DNA of 64,000 bases from an uncultured Collinsella sp. (GCA_902493535.1 CABUQG010000007.1:887-64886), one strand, 5' to 3'; shown: positions 38,988 through 49,857, numbered from the stretch's first letter. Made by a program: numbers and translations. The notes: generated by a model from the sequence alone, not told the origin.

Positions 38988-39923
38988 CTAGGCTTTTTTG
39001 GGTTTGTTGACGATGATGATGCCGCCGCAGACCAACAGCAGGGCAACGATGACGGTAACGGGGCTCGTGCCAGCGCCCTCGCCGAGCAGCAGCGCGCTCA
39101 GCACCACACCAAAGACGGGGTTCATAAACCCAAAGACCGAGACGCGGCTGACGGGGTTGACGGCAAGCAGGCGCGACCACAGCGAGTAGGCGACCGCGGA
39201 GATAAGCGCCATGTAGATGATGAGCGCGATGGCGGGGGCAATCGCCGTGGGGGAGAGCGCGCCACCCATCAAAAAGCCGATGGCGGTGAGGACAAGGCCG
39301 CCGACCAAGAACTGCCACCCGGCAAGCAAGACGCCGTCGTGCTCGCGCGAGAAGATGCCAATCAGGCAGGTCGAAAGGGCACCCGCGACGGTGGAGGCTA
39401 GGATAAAGCCCTCGCCATCGAGCCTGAAGCCAAAGGTGCCATCCGCGCCCGAAAGGTTGACGAGCGCGACGCCGGCAAAGCCCAGTGCACAGCCAAGCAC
39501 CTTGGCCGTATTGAGCTTCTCGGTGCGAAACGCCAGGGCGGCAAAGAGGATTGCGAGGAAGTTGGCGCTGGCCTCGATGATGGAGCTCGACATGGCGCTG
39601 GCGCGCGAGAGGCCCAGATAGAAAAAGAAGTACTGCCCGATAGTCTGGAAGAGCGACAAGACAAAGATGGGCTTGATGTCGCGAGCCTGCGGAATGAGGG
39701 GGCGGCGTTGGGCCGCACTCATCCCAACGATAACCAGGGCGCCGGCAAGTGTGAAGCGCAAGCCCGCAAAGAGCAGCTGCGAGGCGCTATCGTGCGCTGG
39801 GATACCAAAGAGTGCGTAACCGATCTTAATACAGGGAAAGGCCGATCCCCAGAGTGCACAGCAGACGAGGCAGCCCAGGATGAGTCCGGGCAGGGTGGCG
39901 AGATACGGCTTGCGGCTTTCCAT
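38988..39923 (-). CDS. DMT/EamA family transporter
   Basis: LWGSAFPCIKIGY, about 10 TM helices, FGFMNPVFGVVLS. Confidence 0.88.
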   Translation of the reverse strand: MESRKPYLATLPGLILGCLVCCALWGSAFPCIKIGYALFGIPAHDSASQLLFAGLRFTLAGALVIVGMSAAQRRPLIPQARDIKPIFVLSLFQTIGQYFFFYLGLSRASAMSSSIIEASANFLAILFAALAFRTEKLNTAKVLGCALGFAGVALVNLSGADGTFGFRLDGEGFILASTVAGALSTCLIGIFSREHDGVLLAGWQFLVGGLVLTAIGFLMGGALSPTAIAPAIALIIYMALISAVAYSLWSRLLAVNPVSRVSVFGFMNPVFGVVLSALLLGEGAGTSPVTVIVALLLVCGGIIIVNKPKKA

Positions 39924-39948
39924 GATGTCCTTCCTACATGCGCGAAGC

Positions 39949-39985
39949 AAAAAAGAACCCGCCACCGGATGTGCCGGTGGCGGGT
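39949..39985 (-). terminator. purL terminator
   Basis: acccgccaccgg/ccggtggcgggt stem with adjacent A-run. Confidence 0.7.
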
Positions 39986-40022
39986 GTTGTTACCCGAAGG
40001 GATTGTACCCGATGGGAAAGGT

Positions 40023-43000
40023 TTAAGCGAAGTAGGCCACGCCGCTCTCAAAGATCGGCATGAACTTATCGCCGGGGACATGCTCGGGCACGTTGCGGTA
40101 CAGATTGTCGCCGCGACGCTCGGCATGGCCCATCTTGCCCAGGACGCGGCCGTCGGGGCTCGTGATGCCCTCGATGGCGAGTGCGGAGCCGTTGGGGTTG
40201 ACAGAAAGGTCCATGCTGGGCTTGCCGTTCTCGCCCACGTACTGCGTGGCGACCTGGCCGTTGGCGATCAGTTGGGCGAGCACTTCGTCATTGGCGACAA
40301 AGCGGCCCTCGCCGTGGCTGATGGCGACGGTGTAGGGGTCGTCCAGGCTGCACTGCGACAGCCACGGGGACAAGTTGGACGAGATGCGGGTGCGCACCAG
40401 ACGGCTCTGGTGGCGACCGATGGTGTTGAACGTCAACGTGGGCGCATCGGGCGTGGCGTCGACGATGTCGCCGTAGGGCACCAGGCCGAGCTTGATCAGG
40501 GCCTGGAAGCCGTTGCAGATGCCCAGCATCAGGCCATCGCGGGCCTTGAGCAGGTTGCGGACTGCCTCGGTGACCTCGGGAGCGCGGAAGAACGCCGTGA
40601 TGAACTTGGCAGAGCCGTCGGGCTCGTCGCCGCCCGAGAAGCCGCCGGGGATCATGACGATCTGGCTTGCACGGATGCGGCGGGCAAGCTCGTGGGTGCT
40701 CTCGGCGACGGCCTCGGGCGTGAGGTTGTTGATCACGAAGGTGTCGGCCTCGGCACCGGCGGCACGGAAGGCGCGGGCGCTGTCGTACTCGCAGTTGTTG
40801 CCGGGGAACACGGGGATGATCACGCGCGGGCGGGCGATCTTGGCGCCGCCGTACACGTGGATGTCCTTGGCGCGGAAGTCGATGGTCTCGACCTCGGGGG
40901 TCTCGCCGGCGCTGCGGTAGGCGAAGACGCCCTCGATGCCGCTCTCCCAGGCCTCCTGGAGCTCGGCGAGCTCGATGACCTCGGAGCCGGTGTCGATGAC
41001 ATAGCCCTCGACGGTGGTGCCCAGGGGCTCGAGAACAATGCCGTCGGCGACTTCGGGCAGCTCGGCGTCCTCGGCGAGCTCGACGATAAAGCTGCCGTAG
41101 AGCGGGGTGAAGAGGCTCTCCACGTCTACATCCTCGGCAAGCTCGATACCGATCTGGTTACCGACGCACATCTTAAAGAGGCTCTCGGCGCCGCAGCCGT
41201 AGCCGGGCGTGGAGATGGCCAGGGCGTTGCCGGTAGCAGTGAGCGCCTCGACGGCGTCAAACGCGGAGTGCAGCTGCTGAGCGTCGGGACGGTAGTCCTC
41301 GCCATAGGTAGCGGGGGCGATGCGGACGACGCGGTGCGTGAGGCCCTTGAACTCGGGCGAGACGGCACGGGTGGCCCTGCCCACAGCGACGGCGAAGCTG
41401 ATCAGGGTCGGCGGAACGTTGAGCTCGCCGGCCTCGTCCTCAAACGAACCGCTCATGGAGTCCTTGCCGCCGATGGCGCCGGCACCCAGGTCGACCTGGG
41501 CCATGAGGGCACCCAGGACGGCAGCCATGGGCTTGCCCCAGCGCTCGGCCTCGGTGCGCAGGCGCTCGAAGTACTCCTGGAAGGAGAGATAGGCGCGCTT
41601 GTGCTCAAAGCCGGCAGCCACGAGCTTGGCGATGGACTCGACCACGGACAGGTAGGCGCCCGCAAACTGGTCGGCCTCCATCAGATAGGGGTTAAAGCCC
41701 CATGCCATGGCGCTCGCCGTGGTGGTCTCGCCGTCCACGGGGAACTTGGCGACCATGGCCGAGCTCGGGGTGAGCTGCGTCTTGCCGCCAAAGGGCATGA
41801 GCACGGTTGCGGCACCGATGGTGGAGTCGAAGCGCTCGGAAAGGCCCTTGTTGGAAGCGACGTTGAGGTCGGTGACGAGCGAGGTCATGCGTTCAGCGAG
41901 CGTGGTGCCGGCCCAGCTGGGCTGCCACACGCTACGGGCGCACACGTGGGCAACCTGGTGCTTGGGCGCACCGTTGGAGTTGAGGAACTCGCGGGACAGA
42001 TCGACGATGGCGACGCCGTTCCATGCCATGCGCATGCGCGGCTCGGCGGTAACCTCGGCGATAACGGTAGCCTCCAGGTTTTCCTCGGCGGCGTAGCCCA
42101 TGAACTCCTCGACGTCACCGTCGGCGACGGCGCAGGCCATACGCTCCTGGGACTCGGAGATGGCGAGCTCGGTGCCGTCCAGGCCGTCGTACTTCTTGGT
42201 CACGGTGTCCAGGTCGACATACAGGCCGTCGGCAAGTTCGCCCACGGCGACCGAGACGCCGCCGGCGCCAAAGTCGTTGCAGCGCTTGATCAGGCGGCAG
42301 GCGTCGCCGCGGCGGAACAGACGCTGCAGTTTGCGCTCGACCGGGGCGTTGCCCTTCTGGACTTCGGCACCCGAGGTCTCGATGGACTCGGTGTTCTGAG
42401 TCTTGGAGGAGCCGGTGGCGCCGCCGATGCCGTCACGGCCGGTGCGGCCGCCCAACAGGATGATCTTGTCGGTGGGGGCGGGGCACTCGCGACGCACGTG
42501 GTTTGCCGGGGTAGCGCCCACGACGGCGCCAACCTCCATGCGCTTGGCCACGTAACCGGGGTGATAGAGTTCGTTGACCTGACCGGTGGCAAGGCCGATC
42601 TGGTTGCCGTAGCTGGAGTAGCCGGCGGCGGCAGTGGTCACGAGCTTGCGCTGCGGCAGCTTACCCTCGAGCGTCTCGGAAACCGGGACGGTGGGGTCAC
42701 CGGCGCCGGTGACACGCATGGCCTGGTACACGTAGCTGCGGCCCGAGAGCGGGTCGCGGATGGCGCCGCCCACGCAGGTGGCGGCACCGCCGAAGGGCTC
42801 GATCTCGGTCGGGTGGTTGTGGGTCTCGTTCTTAAACAGGAACAGCCAGTCCTGGTCCTCGCCATCGACATCGACCTTCACCTTGACGGTGCAGGCGTTG
42901 ATCTCCTCGGACTCGTCGACATCGGTCATGACGCCGGTCTTCTTAAGGTACTTGGCGCCGATGGTGCCCATGTCCATGAGGCAGACGGGCTTGGCGTCGC

Positions 43001-43769
43001 GGCCGAGTTCGTGGCGCATCTCCATGTAGCGGTCGAAGGCTTGCTGCACCACGGCGTCGTCGATCGTCACGTCGTCCAGGACGGTGCCGAAGGTGGTGTG
43101 GCGGCAGTGGTCGGACCAGTAGGTGTCGATCACGCGGATCTCGGTGATGGTGGGGTCGCGGTCCTCATCGCGGAAGTACTGCTGGCAGAAGGCGATGTCT
43201 GCCTCGTCCATGGCAAGGCCGCGATCGGCGATAAAGGCGGCAAGGCCGGCCTCGTCGAGCTCGCGGAAGCCGTCGAGCACCTCGACGGGCTGGGGCTCGG
43301 GGGTCTCCGTGTACAGCGTCTCGGGCAGGTCGAGCGAGGCGATGCGTGCCTCGACGGGGTTCACCACGTAGTGCTTGATGGCATCGATGGCGGCCTCGTC
43401 CAGAGCGCCCGAGATCATATAGACCTTGGCGGAGCGCACGGCGGGGCGCTCGCCCTGGCTGATGAGCTGCACGCACTCGCTGGCGGAGTCGGCGCGCTGG
43501 TCAAACTGGCCAGGCAGGAATTCGACGGCAAAGACGGCGCCATCGCTTGCGGGGAGTTCGTCGTAGGTCACATCGACCTGGGGCTCGCTAAAGACGGTCG
43601 GCACGCAGGAGCGGAAAAGCTCCTCGTCGATGCCCTCGACGTCGTAGCGGTTGATGATCCTCAGGGCCTCGATGCCCTTGATGCCGAGAATTTCGGTCAG
43701 CTCGCCCTTGAGCTGCTGAGCCTCGACGTCGAACCCGGGTTTCTTCTCCACGTAGATACGAGAGACCAT
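40023..43769 (-). CDS. purL: Phosphoribosylformylglycinamidine synthase (large fused type)
   Basis: WSDHCRH, ETHNHPT, DFGAGG, SESQER; glutaminase GGFSGGD, GICNGFQ, HGEG and MGHAER. Confidence 0.96.
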   Translation of the reverse strand: MVSRIYVEKKPGFDVEAQQLKGELTEILGIKGIEALRIINRYDVEGIDEELFRSCVPTVFSEPQVDVTYDELPASDGAVFAVEFLPGQFDQRADSASECVQLISQGERPAVRSAKVYMISGALDEAAIDAIKHYVVNPVEARIASLDLPETLYTETPEPQPVEVLDGFRELDEAGLAAFIADRGLAMDEADIAFCQQYFRDEDRDPTITEIRVIDTYWSDHCRHTTFGTVLDDVTIDDAVVQQAFDRYMEMRHELGRDAKPVCLMDMGTIGAKYLKKTGVMTDVDESEEINACTVKVKVDVDGEDQDWLFLFKNETHNHPTEIEPFGGAATCVGGAIRDPLSGRSYVYQAMRVTGAGDPTVPVSETLEGKLPQRKLVTTAAAGYSSYGNQIGLATGQVNELYHPGYVAKRMEVGAVVGATPANHVRRECPAPTDKIILLGGRTGRDGIGGATGSSKTQNTESIETSGAEVQKGNAPVERKLQRLFRRGDACRLIKRCNDFGAGGVSVAVGELADGLYVDLDTVTKKYDGLDGTELAISESQERMACAVADGDVEEFMGYAAEENLEATVIAEVTAEPRMRMAWNGVAIVDLSREFLNSNGAPKHQVAHVCARSVWQPSWAGTTLAERMTSLVTDLNVASNKGLSERFDSTIGAATVLMPFGGKTQLTPSSAMVAKFPVDGETTTASAMAWGFNPYLMEADQFAGAYLSVVESIAKLVAAGFEHKRAYLSFQEYFERLRTEAERWGKPMAAVLGALMAQVDLGAGAIGGKDSMSGSFEDEAGELNVPPTLISFAVAVGRATRAVSPEFKGLTHRVVRIAPATYGEDYRPDAQQLHSAFDAVEALTATGNALAISTPGYGCGAESLFKMCVGNQIGIELAEDVDVESLFTPLYGSFIVELAEDAELPEVADGIVLEPLGTTVEGYVIDTGSEVIELAELQEAWESGIEGVFAYRSAGETPEVETIDFRAKDIHVYGGAKIARPRVIIPVFPGNNCEYDSARAFRAAGAEADTFVINNLTPEAVAESTHELARRIRASQIVMIPGGFSGGDEPDGSAKFITAFFRAPEVTEAVRNLLKARDGLMLGICNGFQALIKLGLVPYGDIVDATPDAPTLTFNTIGRHQSRLVRTRISSNLSPWLSQCSLDDPYTVAISHGEGRFVANDEVLAQLIANGQVATQYVGENGKPSMDLSVNPNGSALAIEGITSPDGRVLGKMGHAERRGDNLYRNVPEHVPGDKFMPIFESGVAYFA

Positions 43770-43953
43770 TGGTTCCTGCCTTCCTGATCGGTTGGGCGTA
43801 CGGTACGGTATGCGGCAGCGGTCGGTTTACGGGACAAGCCTCGCGGTCGCCTTGAGCCACATGTTTGTAAACCTCACTATGATACGACAGCTCGCGGCGC
43901 GTTGAGGACGGCGAGGGTGCTACAGTGAAGCGCAAACAAGAGAAAGGCATCAC

Positions 43954-45516
43954 ATGGCATTCGTTTCGCTCGCCATCATCGCACTCGTGGCCTTTGCGAG
44001 TCCTTTTATCGCCTCGGCGATTCCCGGAAAACCCGTTCCCGAGACGGTCTTTTTGCTCGTGCTCGGCGCGGTGCTGGGACCCCATATGCTCGGCGTCATC
44101 CATGTAGATGCTGAGGTCTCGCTTGTGTCCGAGCTGGGCCTGGCCTTTTTGTTCTTGCTTGCCGGCTTTGAGATCGACCCCAAGAGCATCACGGGCGTCG
44201 AGGGGCGCTACGGCTTGGCGACGTGGGTCGTCACGTTTGGTATCGCCTGGCTTGCCGTGCGCTTTACCCCGTGGTTCTCGGTCAGTCATTTCGACGGTAT
44301 CGCCGTGACGCTTGCTCTCACTTCTACGGCGCTCGGCACGCTCGTGCCCATCATGCGTGAGCGCTCGCTCGCCGGCACGCGTGTGGGCGACTCGATTCTC
44401 GCGTATGGCACTTGGGGCGAGCTCGGTCCCGTGCTCGCCATGTCGGTGCTGCTGTCTGCCCGCACTGGCATCCAAACGCTCGTTATCCTTGGCTTGTTTG
44501 CGGTGGTTTGCGTGTTGCTGGCCGTGGTCCCAAGTCGCTCCAAGCGCGTCGGCAGCCGCTTCTTTGCGTTTGTCGAGGAACGCGCCGATACCACGTCGCA
44601 GACCTTCGTGCGCCTGACGGTGCTCATCCTGGTCACACTCGTGGCGTTCTCGGCCGTCTTTGATCTCGACATCGTGTTGGGTTCTTTTGCCGCCGGCTTT
44701 GTCTTGCGCTACATCATCCCCGAGGGCAACCATACGCTCGAGACCAAGCTCGACGGCCTGGCCTACGGCTTTTTGATTCCGGTGTTCTTTACTGTATCGG
44801 GCGCAAAGATCGACCTGACGGCCGTGGCGTCGCGCCCCGGGCTGCTCGCAGGCTTTATCGTGGCGTTGCTGATCATTCGCGCCGTGCCCATTCTCATCTC
44901 TATGAGCATTTGTCCTGCGACGCGCGATGTGTCGGCGTATGGTCGCATTACCGTGGCCCTGTACTGCACCACGGCCCTGCCGATCATCGTTGCCGTGACA
45001 AGCGTTGCCGTCAACGCGGGCGCGCTGTCGCAAGATATTGCGTCGGTCATGGTTGCCGCCGGTGCCATCACGGTGTTCTTGATGCCGTTGCTCGCGCAGC
45101 TCTTCTACCGCGTGGTCGACGCCGCGCCGGTCGCCGCCGTGGCAGAAGTTGCCGAGCATCCATCCGATGCGCTCGACATCCTGCGCGCCCATCACGATTT
45201 GGCGAGCCTGCTCGCACGTGAGCACGAGCTGCTGACTTCGCATGGCCATGGTCGCGTATTCGAGGGCTTGCCTACGCTCGATACGATTGCCGAGCGTCTT
45301 TCCGCCGAGGCGGCGAGCGGCCATATCGATGCCCGTATTGTGGACGCGGCACATCTTCTTGCCGATAAGACCTATGGAGACGAGGTCGACCCGTCCGAGC
45401 TGACTCCGCGCGAGCGTCGCCGCCTGGAGCGCGCCAAGCTCGCCGTGCGCGAATACCGCCGCCGCATGCTGGAGCTCTATGCAAGAGAAGAAGCCGAGGA
45501 CGACGACGGCAAGTAG
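43954..45516 (+). CDS. Cation:proton antiporter (CPA2-like)
   Basis: ELGLAFLFLLAGFEID, TSTALG and GFLIPVFF motifs; many TM helices. Confidence 0.88.
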   Translation: MAFVSLAIIALVAFASPFIASAIPGKPVPETVFLLVLGAVLGPHMLGVIHVDAEVSLVSELGLAFLFLLAGFEIDPKSITGVEGRYGLATWVVTFGIAWLAVRFTPWFSVSHFDGIAVTLALTSTALGTLVPIMRERSLAGTRVGDSILAYGTWGELGPVLAMSVLLSARTGIQTLVILGLFAVVCVLLAVVPSRSKRVGSRFFAFVEERADTTSQTFVRLTVLILVTLVAFSAVFDLDIVLGSFAAGFVLRYIIPEGNHTLETKLDGLAYGFLIPVFFTVSGAKIDLTAVASRPGLLAGFIVALLIIRAVPILISMSICPATRDVSAYGRITVALYCTTALPIIVAVTSVAVNAGALSQDIASVMVAAGAITVFLMPLLAQLFYRVVDAAPVAAVAEVAEHPSDALDILRAHHDLASLLAREHELLTSHGHGRVFEGLPTLDTIAERLSAEAASGHIDARIVDAAHLLADKTYGDEVDPSELTPRERRRLERAKLAVREYRRRMLELYAREEAEDDDGK

Positions 45517-45531
45517 TCGATACTCTCTCGG

Positions 45532-45763
45532 GGAAGCCGCGTCCTGCTTTGAAGGCTCGGAACGGGATGTGGTTTCCGAAACGGGGGCCGTTGGGAAACT
45601 GTGTCCCGGAATGGGCGCTCAGAGTGGGATGCAGTTTCCGCGAGAGACCCGTTGCGGAAACGGTATCCCAGAATCGGCGTTCAAAACGGGGCGCTCTTTC
45701 CGAAACATGGCCCTGAGGGAAGCTGCGTCCCGGTCTGAGTCGGAATTCCGGGACACAGCTTCC
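45532..45763. repeat. BIME-like array: 4 x 62-bp units of an alternating 14-bp inverted motif
   Basis: GGAARCNGYRTCCY at 45532, 45594, 45656 and 45718; its approximate reverse complement at 45564, 45626, 45688 and 45750. Confidence 0.85.
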
Positions 45764-45861
45764 CTTTCAAACAGAAGAAGGCGCGCTGCCTGCAGTTGAT
45801 GCAGACGGCGCGCCTTCTTTGTTGGACTATGTTGAGGCTGGGAGCTGAGGCTTGTGGTCCC

Positions 45862-46611
45862 TTAAGAGCGGGCGGCTCCGTCGACGGGGAGCACGGCGCC
45901 CGTGACATAGGAGGACATGTCGCTCGCTAGGAAAACGAAGGCGTTGGCGACGTCCTCGGGCTCGCCCATGCGGCCGAGCGGAATGGTGGCGATGATGGGC
46001 TTGATGACCTCTTCGGGAAGGTTGGCGACCATATCGGTCTTGGTCACGCCGGGAGCGACAGCGTTGACGCGAATGCCCATGGGGGCGAGCTCGCGCGAGA
46101 GCGACTGGACCATACCGTTGACGGCGAACTTGGACGTGGGATAGCCAACGCCGGAGGGCTGACCGTACTTGGCGACCATCGAGCTCGTGGTGGTGATGGT
46201 GCCGCCGTGGCCTGCCTCGGCCATAATCTTGGCAGCGGCTTGGTGGCCGTTAAAGACGGCGACGACGTTGAGGTCCATGACCTTGGCGAACTCTTCGGCC
46301 GTGTACTCCAGAAGCGGCGAGCGCTGGGAGATGCCGGCGTTGTTAACGACCGTGTCCAGGCCACCCATGTCGGCGGCTGCCTCGGTAAAGGCCTCGGTTA
46401 CGGCCTCGAGCGAGGTGAGGTCGCAGGTGCGGCCCCAGACCTTGGCCTCGGGATAGGCTGCGGCCAGCTTTTCAACGGCGGCGTCGGCAGTCTCCTGACG
46501 CGAGCCAAAGACCGTGACGGCGGCGCCCTCCTCGATAAAGCGACAGGCGATGGCATAGCCGATACCGCGCGTGCCTCCGGTGACGATTGCTTTCTTGCCC
46601 TCGAGCAACAT
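45862..46611 (-). CDS. SDR oxidoreductase, BaiA/3-alpha-hydroxysteroid dehydrogenase-like
   Basis: TGGTRGIG, NNAG, YPTSK, VAPG and VDGA motifs; ATG 46611 with AGGAGG SD. Confidence 0.85.
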   Translation of the reverse strand: MLLEGKKAIVTGGTRGIGYAIACRFIEEGAAVTVFGSRQETADAAVEKLAAAYPEAKVWGRTCDLTSLEAVTEAFTEAAADMGGLDTVVNNAGISQRSPLLEYTAEEFAKVMDLNVVAVFNGHQAAAKIMAEAGHGGTITTTSSMVAKYGQPSGVGYPTSKFAVNGMVQSLSRELAPMGIRVNAVAPGVTKTDMVANLPEEVIKPIIATIPLGRMGEPEDVANAFVFLASDMSSYVTGAVLPVDGAARS

Positions 46612-46760
46612 GGTGCCTCCTCTCATCGCGGGCGGACATTCGCAGCACAGCGTAGCGGTAGCCGGAATCGGTCGCGTCTGCATATCGGTGAACGGTAGCC
46701 CGCGTTACCGATGAGCGGTTCGCGCAAATGTACTCTGCCGTTGTGCTTGGGGCAGGAGAC

Positions 46761-46795
46761 AAAAGGGCTCCCGTCCCACATCGGACGGGAGCCCT
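46761..46795 (-). terminator. hom terminator
   Basis: agggctcccgtcc/ggacgggagccct stem with A-run. Confidence 0.75.
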
Positions 46796-46825
46796 CAAAG
46801 CGTGTATTGCTAGGCAAGCGTTGGA

Positions 46826-48169
46826 TTAGTTGGCCATAACACCTTCGGTCCAGGCCTCGACGTCCTCGATACGCAGGACGTTGGCGACCTCGGCCACGCA
46901 GTCGACACTGGCAAGCTCGGCGGCGGCAGCCTGGACGTCCTTCTCGAGTGCGCGGTGCGTCAGGAAGATGACCGAGCAGGCATCGCTGACGCCCGACTTG
47001 CCGTCCTCGACCTGGTTGATGAGCGAGATCGAGATGTTGTGCTTGGCAAAGATGTCGACCGTCTCGGACAGGGCGCCCACGCGGTCGGCGACCTTCAGAC
47101 GCACATAGTACTTGGTCTGGAGTTCGTCCATGGGCTTAAAGGCGAGGTTGTGACCATAGGGCTCAATCTCGGGAAGCGGAGCCACGCCGCGGCTGATCTG
47201 CTCGGAGAGCGACAGGATATCGCCCACGACGGCGCTTGCGGTGGGGAAGGAGCCTGCGCCGGCACCGTAGAACATGGTTTCGCCCACGGCGTCACCCACC
47301 ACGTAGACGGCGTTCATGGCGCCGTTGACCTTGGCGAGCATGTGGTCGGCGGGGATCAGCGTGGGATGCACGCGGACGTCGACGCCGGCGTCGGTGTTGC
47401 GGGCGATGCCGAGCAGCTTAATGGTGTAGCCGAGTTCGCGTGCCTGGGCGATGTCCTCGGCGCCGATGGTACGGATACCCTGCTGGTACACATCGTCGGT
47501 GGTAACGCGGGTGCCAAAACCGATGGAGGCGAGGATTGCCGTCTTGCTGGCGGCATCGAAGCCGTCGACGTCGGCGGACGGGTCGGCCTCGGCATAGCCC
47601 TTTGCCTGGGCGTCGGCGAGCACGTCAGCGTAATCGGCGCCCTCGGCGTCCATGCGCGACAGGATGTAGTTGGTGGTGCCGTTAAGGATGCCGGCGATGG
47701 TCAGGATCTTGTTGCCCACCAGGTCATGCTCAAGCGTGCTCACGATGGGGATGCCGCCGCCGCAGCTGGCCTCGCACTTAATCTGCACGCCGCACGCGCG
47801 TGCCTTCTCGGCAAGCGTCTCGACGTGACGGCCCAGCAGGGCCTTGTTGGCAGAGACGACGTGCTTGCCGTGCTCAAAGGCAGTGGTGAAGATCTCGGTT
47901 GCGGGATGCTCGCCGCCGATGAGCTCGACGACGATGTCGACGGCGGGGTCGGTGACGATGTCGTGCCAGTCACTCGTAAAGGCCTCGCGCTCAATGCCTG
48001 CCGCCTCGGCCTGCTCCCAAGCAAGCGCGCAGGCGCGGGTCAGCTTAAGGTCGATGCCGTAGGCTGCCAGGTACTCATCGTGGTGGCTCTTGATCAGACG
48101 GGCCACGCCGCCGCCGACGGTTCCCAGACCGATGAGGCCGACGTTCACGGTGCGCAGGGGTTCGCTCAT
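46826..48169 (-). CDS. hom: Homoserine dehydrogenase (with ACT domain)
   Basis: GLGTVGGG, SANKA, GILNGTTNYIL and GYAEADPSADVDG motifs. Confidence 0.95.
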   Translation of the reverse strand: MSEPLRTVNVGLIGLGTVGGGVARLIKSHHDEYLAAYGIDLKLTRACALAWEQAEAAGIEREAFTSDWHDIVTDPAVDIVVELIGGEHPATEIFTTAFEHGKHVVSANKALLGRHVETLAEKARACGVQIKCEASCGGGIPIVSTLEHDLVGNKILTIAGILNGTTNYILSRMDAEGADYADVLADAQAKGYAEADPSADVDGFDAASKTAILASIGFGTRVTTDDVYQQGIRTIGAEDIAQARELGYTIKLLGIARNTDAGVDVRVHPTLIPADHMLAKVNGAMNAVYVVGDAVGETMFYGAGAGSFPTASAVVGDILSLSEQISRGVAPLPEIEPYGHNLAFKPMDELQTKYYVRLKVADRVGALSETVDIFAKHNISISLINQVEDGKSGVSDACSVIFLTHRALEKDVQAAAAELASVDCVAEVANVLRIEDVEAWTEGVMAN

Positions 48170-48420
48170 AGATAGCTCCTTCGTGCATCTTATGGATGGA
48201 TTAACCGCTTAAAGGTTGAGTGCATTCTAGCGTGAACCGAGGGCGCGTGCTCGCCAGGCAACAGGAGTCGCACAAAACGGCACCCCCGAAACGCTGCGGA
48301 AACATTGGAAACATGCTCGCTACAAACGGAACTCCGTAACAAACTGTCAACGTTTGCGCCATAAGGTTTGCCCCGTACCGCAAGACGGCCGCACTGCGGC
48401 CAGCGAAAAAGGGGGACACC

Positions 48421-49586
48421 ATGTTCAACATCAACAGCACGCTCAGCCGTAGGAACTTTCTCGCCGGTGCCGCGGCGCTCGGCAACACCGTGGCACTCGC
48501 TGGTTGCTCGTCGGGTGGCTCGGACGGCGGCTCCGCCGATGACGGCAAGACCTTCAAGATCGGTGTCATCGGCCCTCTGACCGGCGCTGCGGCAACCTAT
48601 GGCGTCTCGGCCGAGAAGGGTGCCAAGCTCGCCGCCAAGGATTTCTCGACCAAGGACCTCAAGCTCTCGCTTAAGTCCGAGGACGACGTCGCTGACGGCG
48701 AAAAGGCCATCAACGCCTTCAATACCCTGTGCGACTGGGGCATGCAGGCTCTCGTTGGCCCCGTCACGACTGGTGCCGCCGTCGCCGTCTCGGGCGAGAT
48801 CGCCGACGATATGCTCATGGTCACGCCTTCGGCCTCGTCGCTCGACGTCACCAAGGATAAGACCACGGTCTTTCAGGTTTGCTTCACCGATCCCACCATG
48901 GGCGCCAGCGCTGCGAAGTTCTTGGCCGAGAAGTACGCGGATGCCAAGATCGCCCTGTTCTACAACTCCGGCGATACGTACAGCTCGGGTGTTGCCGATG
49001 CATTTTCCGAGCAGGCCAAGGAGTCCAAACTTGATATCGTCGATACCGAGACCTTTAAGGACGATTCCTCCACGAGCTTTACCAACCAGCTCACCAAGGC
49101 CAAGGAGGCCGGCGCCACGCTCATCTTTGCGCCGATCTATTACACGCCGGCGTCCGTTTTGCTCAAGAACGCCAAGGACATGGGCTACGACATGACCCTC
49201 ATGGGTACCGACGGCATGGACGGCCTGCTCTCTGTGGAGGGCTTCGATACCTCTCTTGCCGAGGGCGTATTGCTCATGACCCCGTTTTCGGCTGACGATG
49301 AGAAGAATGCCGACTTCGTCAAAGCCTATCAGATGTCTACGACGAGACACCCAACCAGTTTGCCGCCGACGCCTACGATTGCGTCCACGCCATTGTCGAG
49401 GCCATCGACAAGGCGGGGATTGACATTACGGCCGACGGTGCCGACATTGCCGGCGACCTTGCCAAGGCCATGCGCAAGATCAAGATCGAGGGCCTGACAG
49501 GCGAGCTGACGTGGAATGACGAGGGCCAGGTCGAAAAGCCCGCTACGGCCTATGTGATCCAGGACGGCAAGTACATCGCCGCCTAA
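48421..49586 (+). pseudogene. livK: Branched-chain amino acid ABC binding lipoprotein, frameshifted paralog
   Basis: Highly similar to 49858..51045. A 1-nt deletion near 49330-49333 shifts the frame; the shifted frame continues YDETPNQFAADAYD...GELTWN...GKYIAA* to 49586. Confidence 0.82.
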
Positions 49587-49857
49587 GCGCGCATAAAGCG
49601 CGACCGGTGAGGCTGTTTTATGCAGGGCGGGGATGTCTGTAACAGAACGGAAACATTGCTTTTACACAATAAAGTGGCATTACTGCATAAAGCAATAGAA
49701 ATACGCAGAAATATGGATAAATGAACAAATCCAAAGAAAAGTCGAAATAACCGCCACTTTTCCTAACTAAAGCGTCTACTATTTTGCGAACGCCGAACAC
49801 GGCGAAGGATGGCCTGTCGGGTAACCGAAACCCGACGAGATTTGAGAGGAGAGCCGC

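Noticed and set aside
39708..43787. 1359-aa plus-strand ORF
   Set aside because: Antisense shadow of purL caused by high-GC codon bias; no recognisable domains.
43770..43900. ZTP or purine riboswitch upstream of purL
   Set aside because: Consensus elements could not be identified by eye.
45532..45763. CRISPR interpretation of the 62-bp array
   Set aside because: Motifs are short, degenerate and alternate in orientation; linkers are 16-18 nt and partly related; no cas genes in the window.
49620..49857. T-box or attenuator upstream of livK
   Set aside because: No T-box consensus or leader peptide recognised; looks like an AT-rich promoter with one hairpin.
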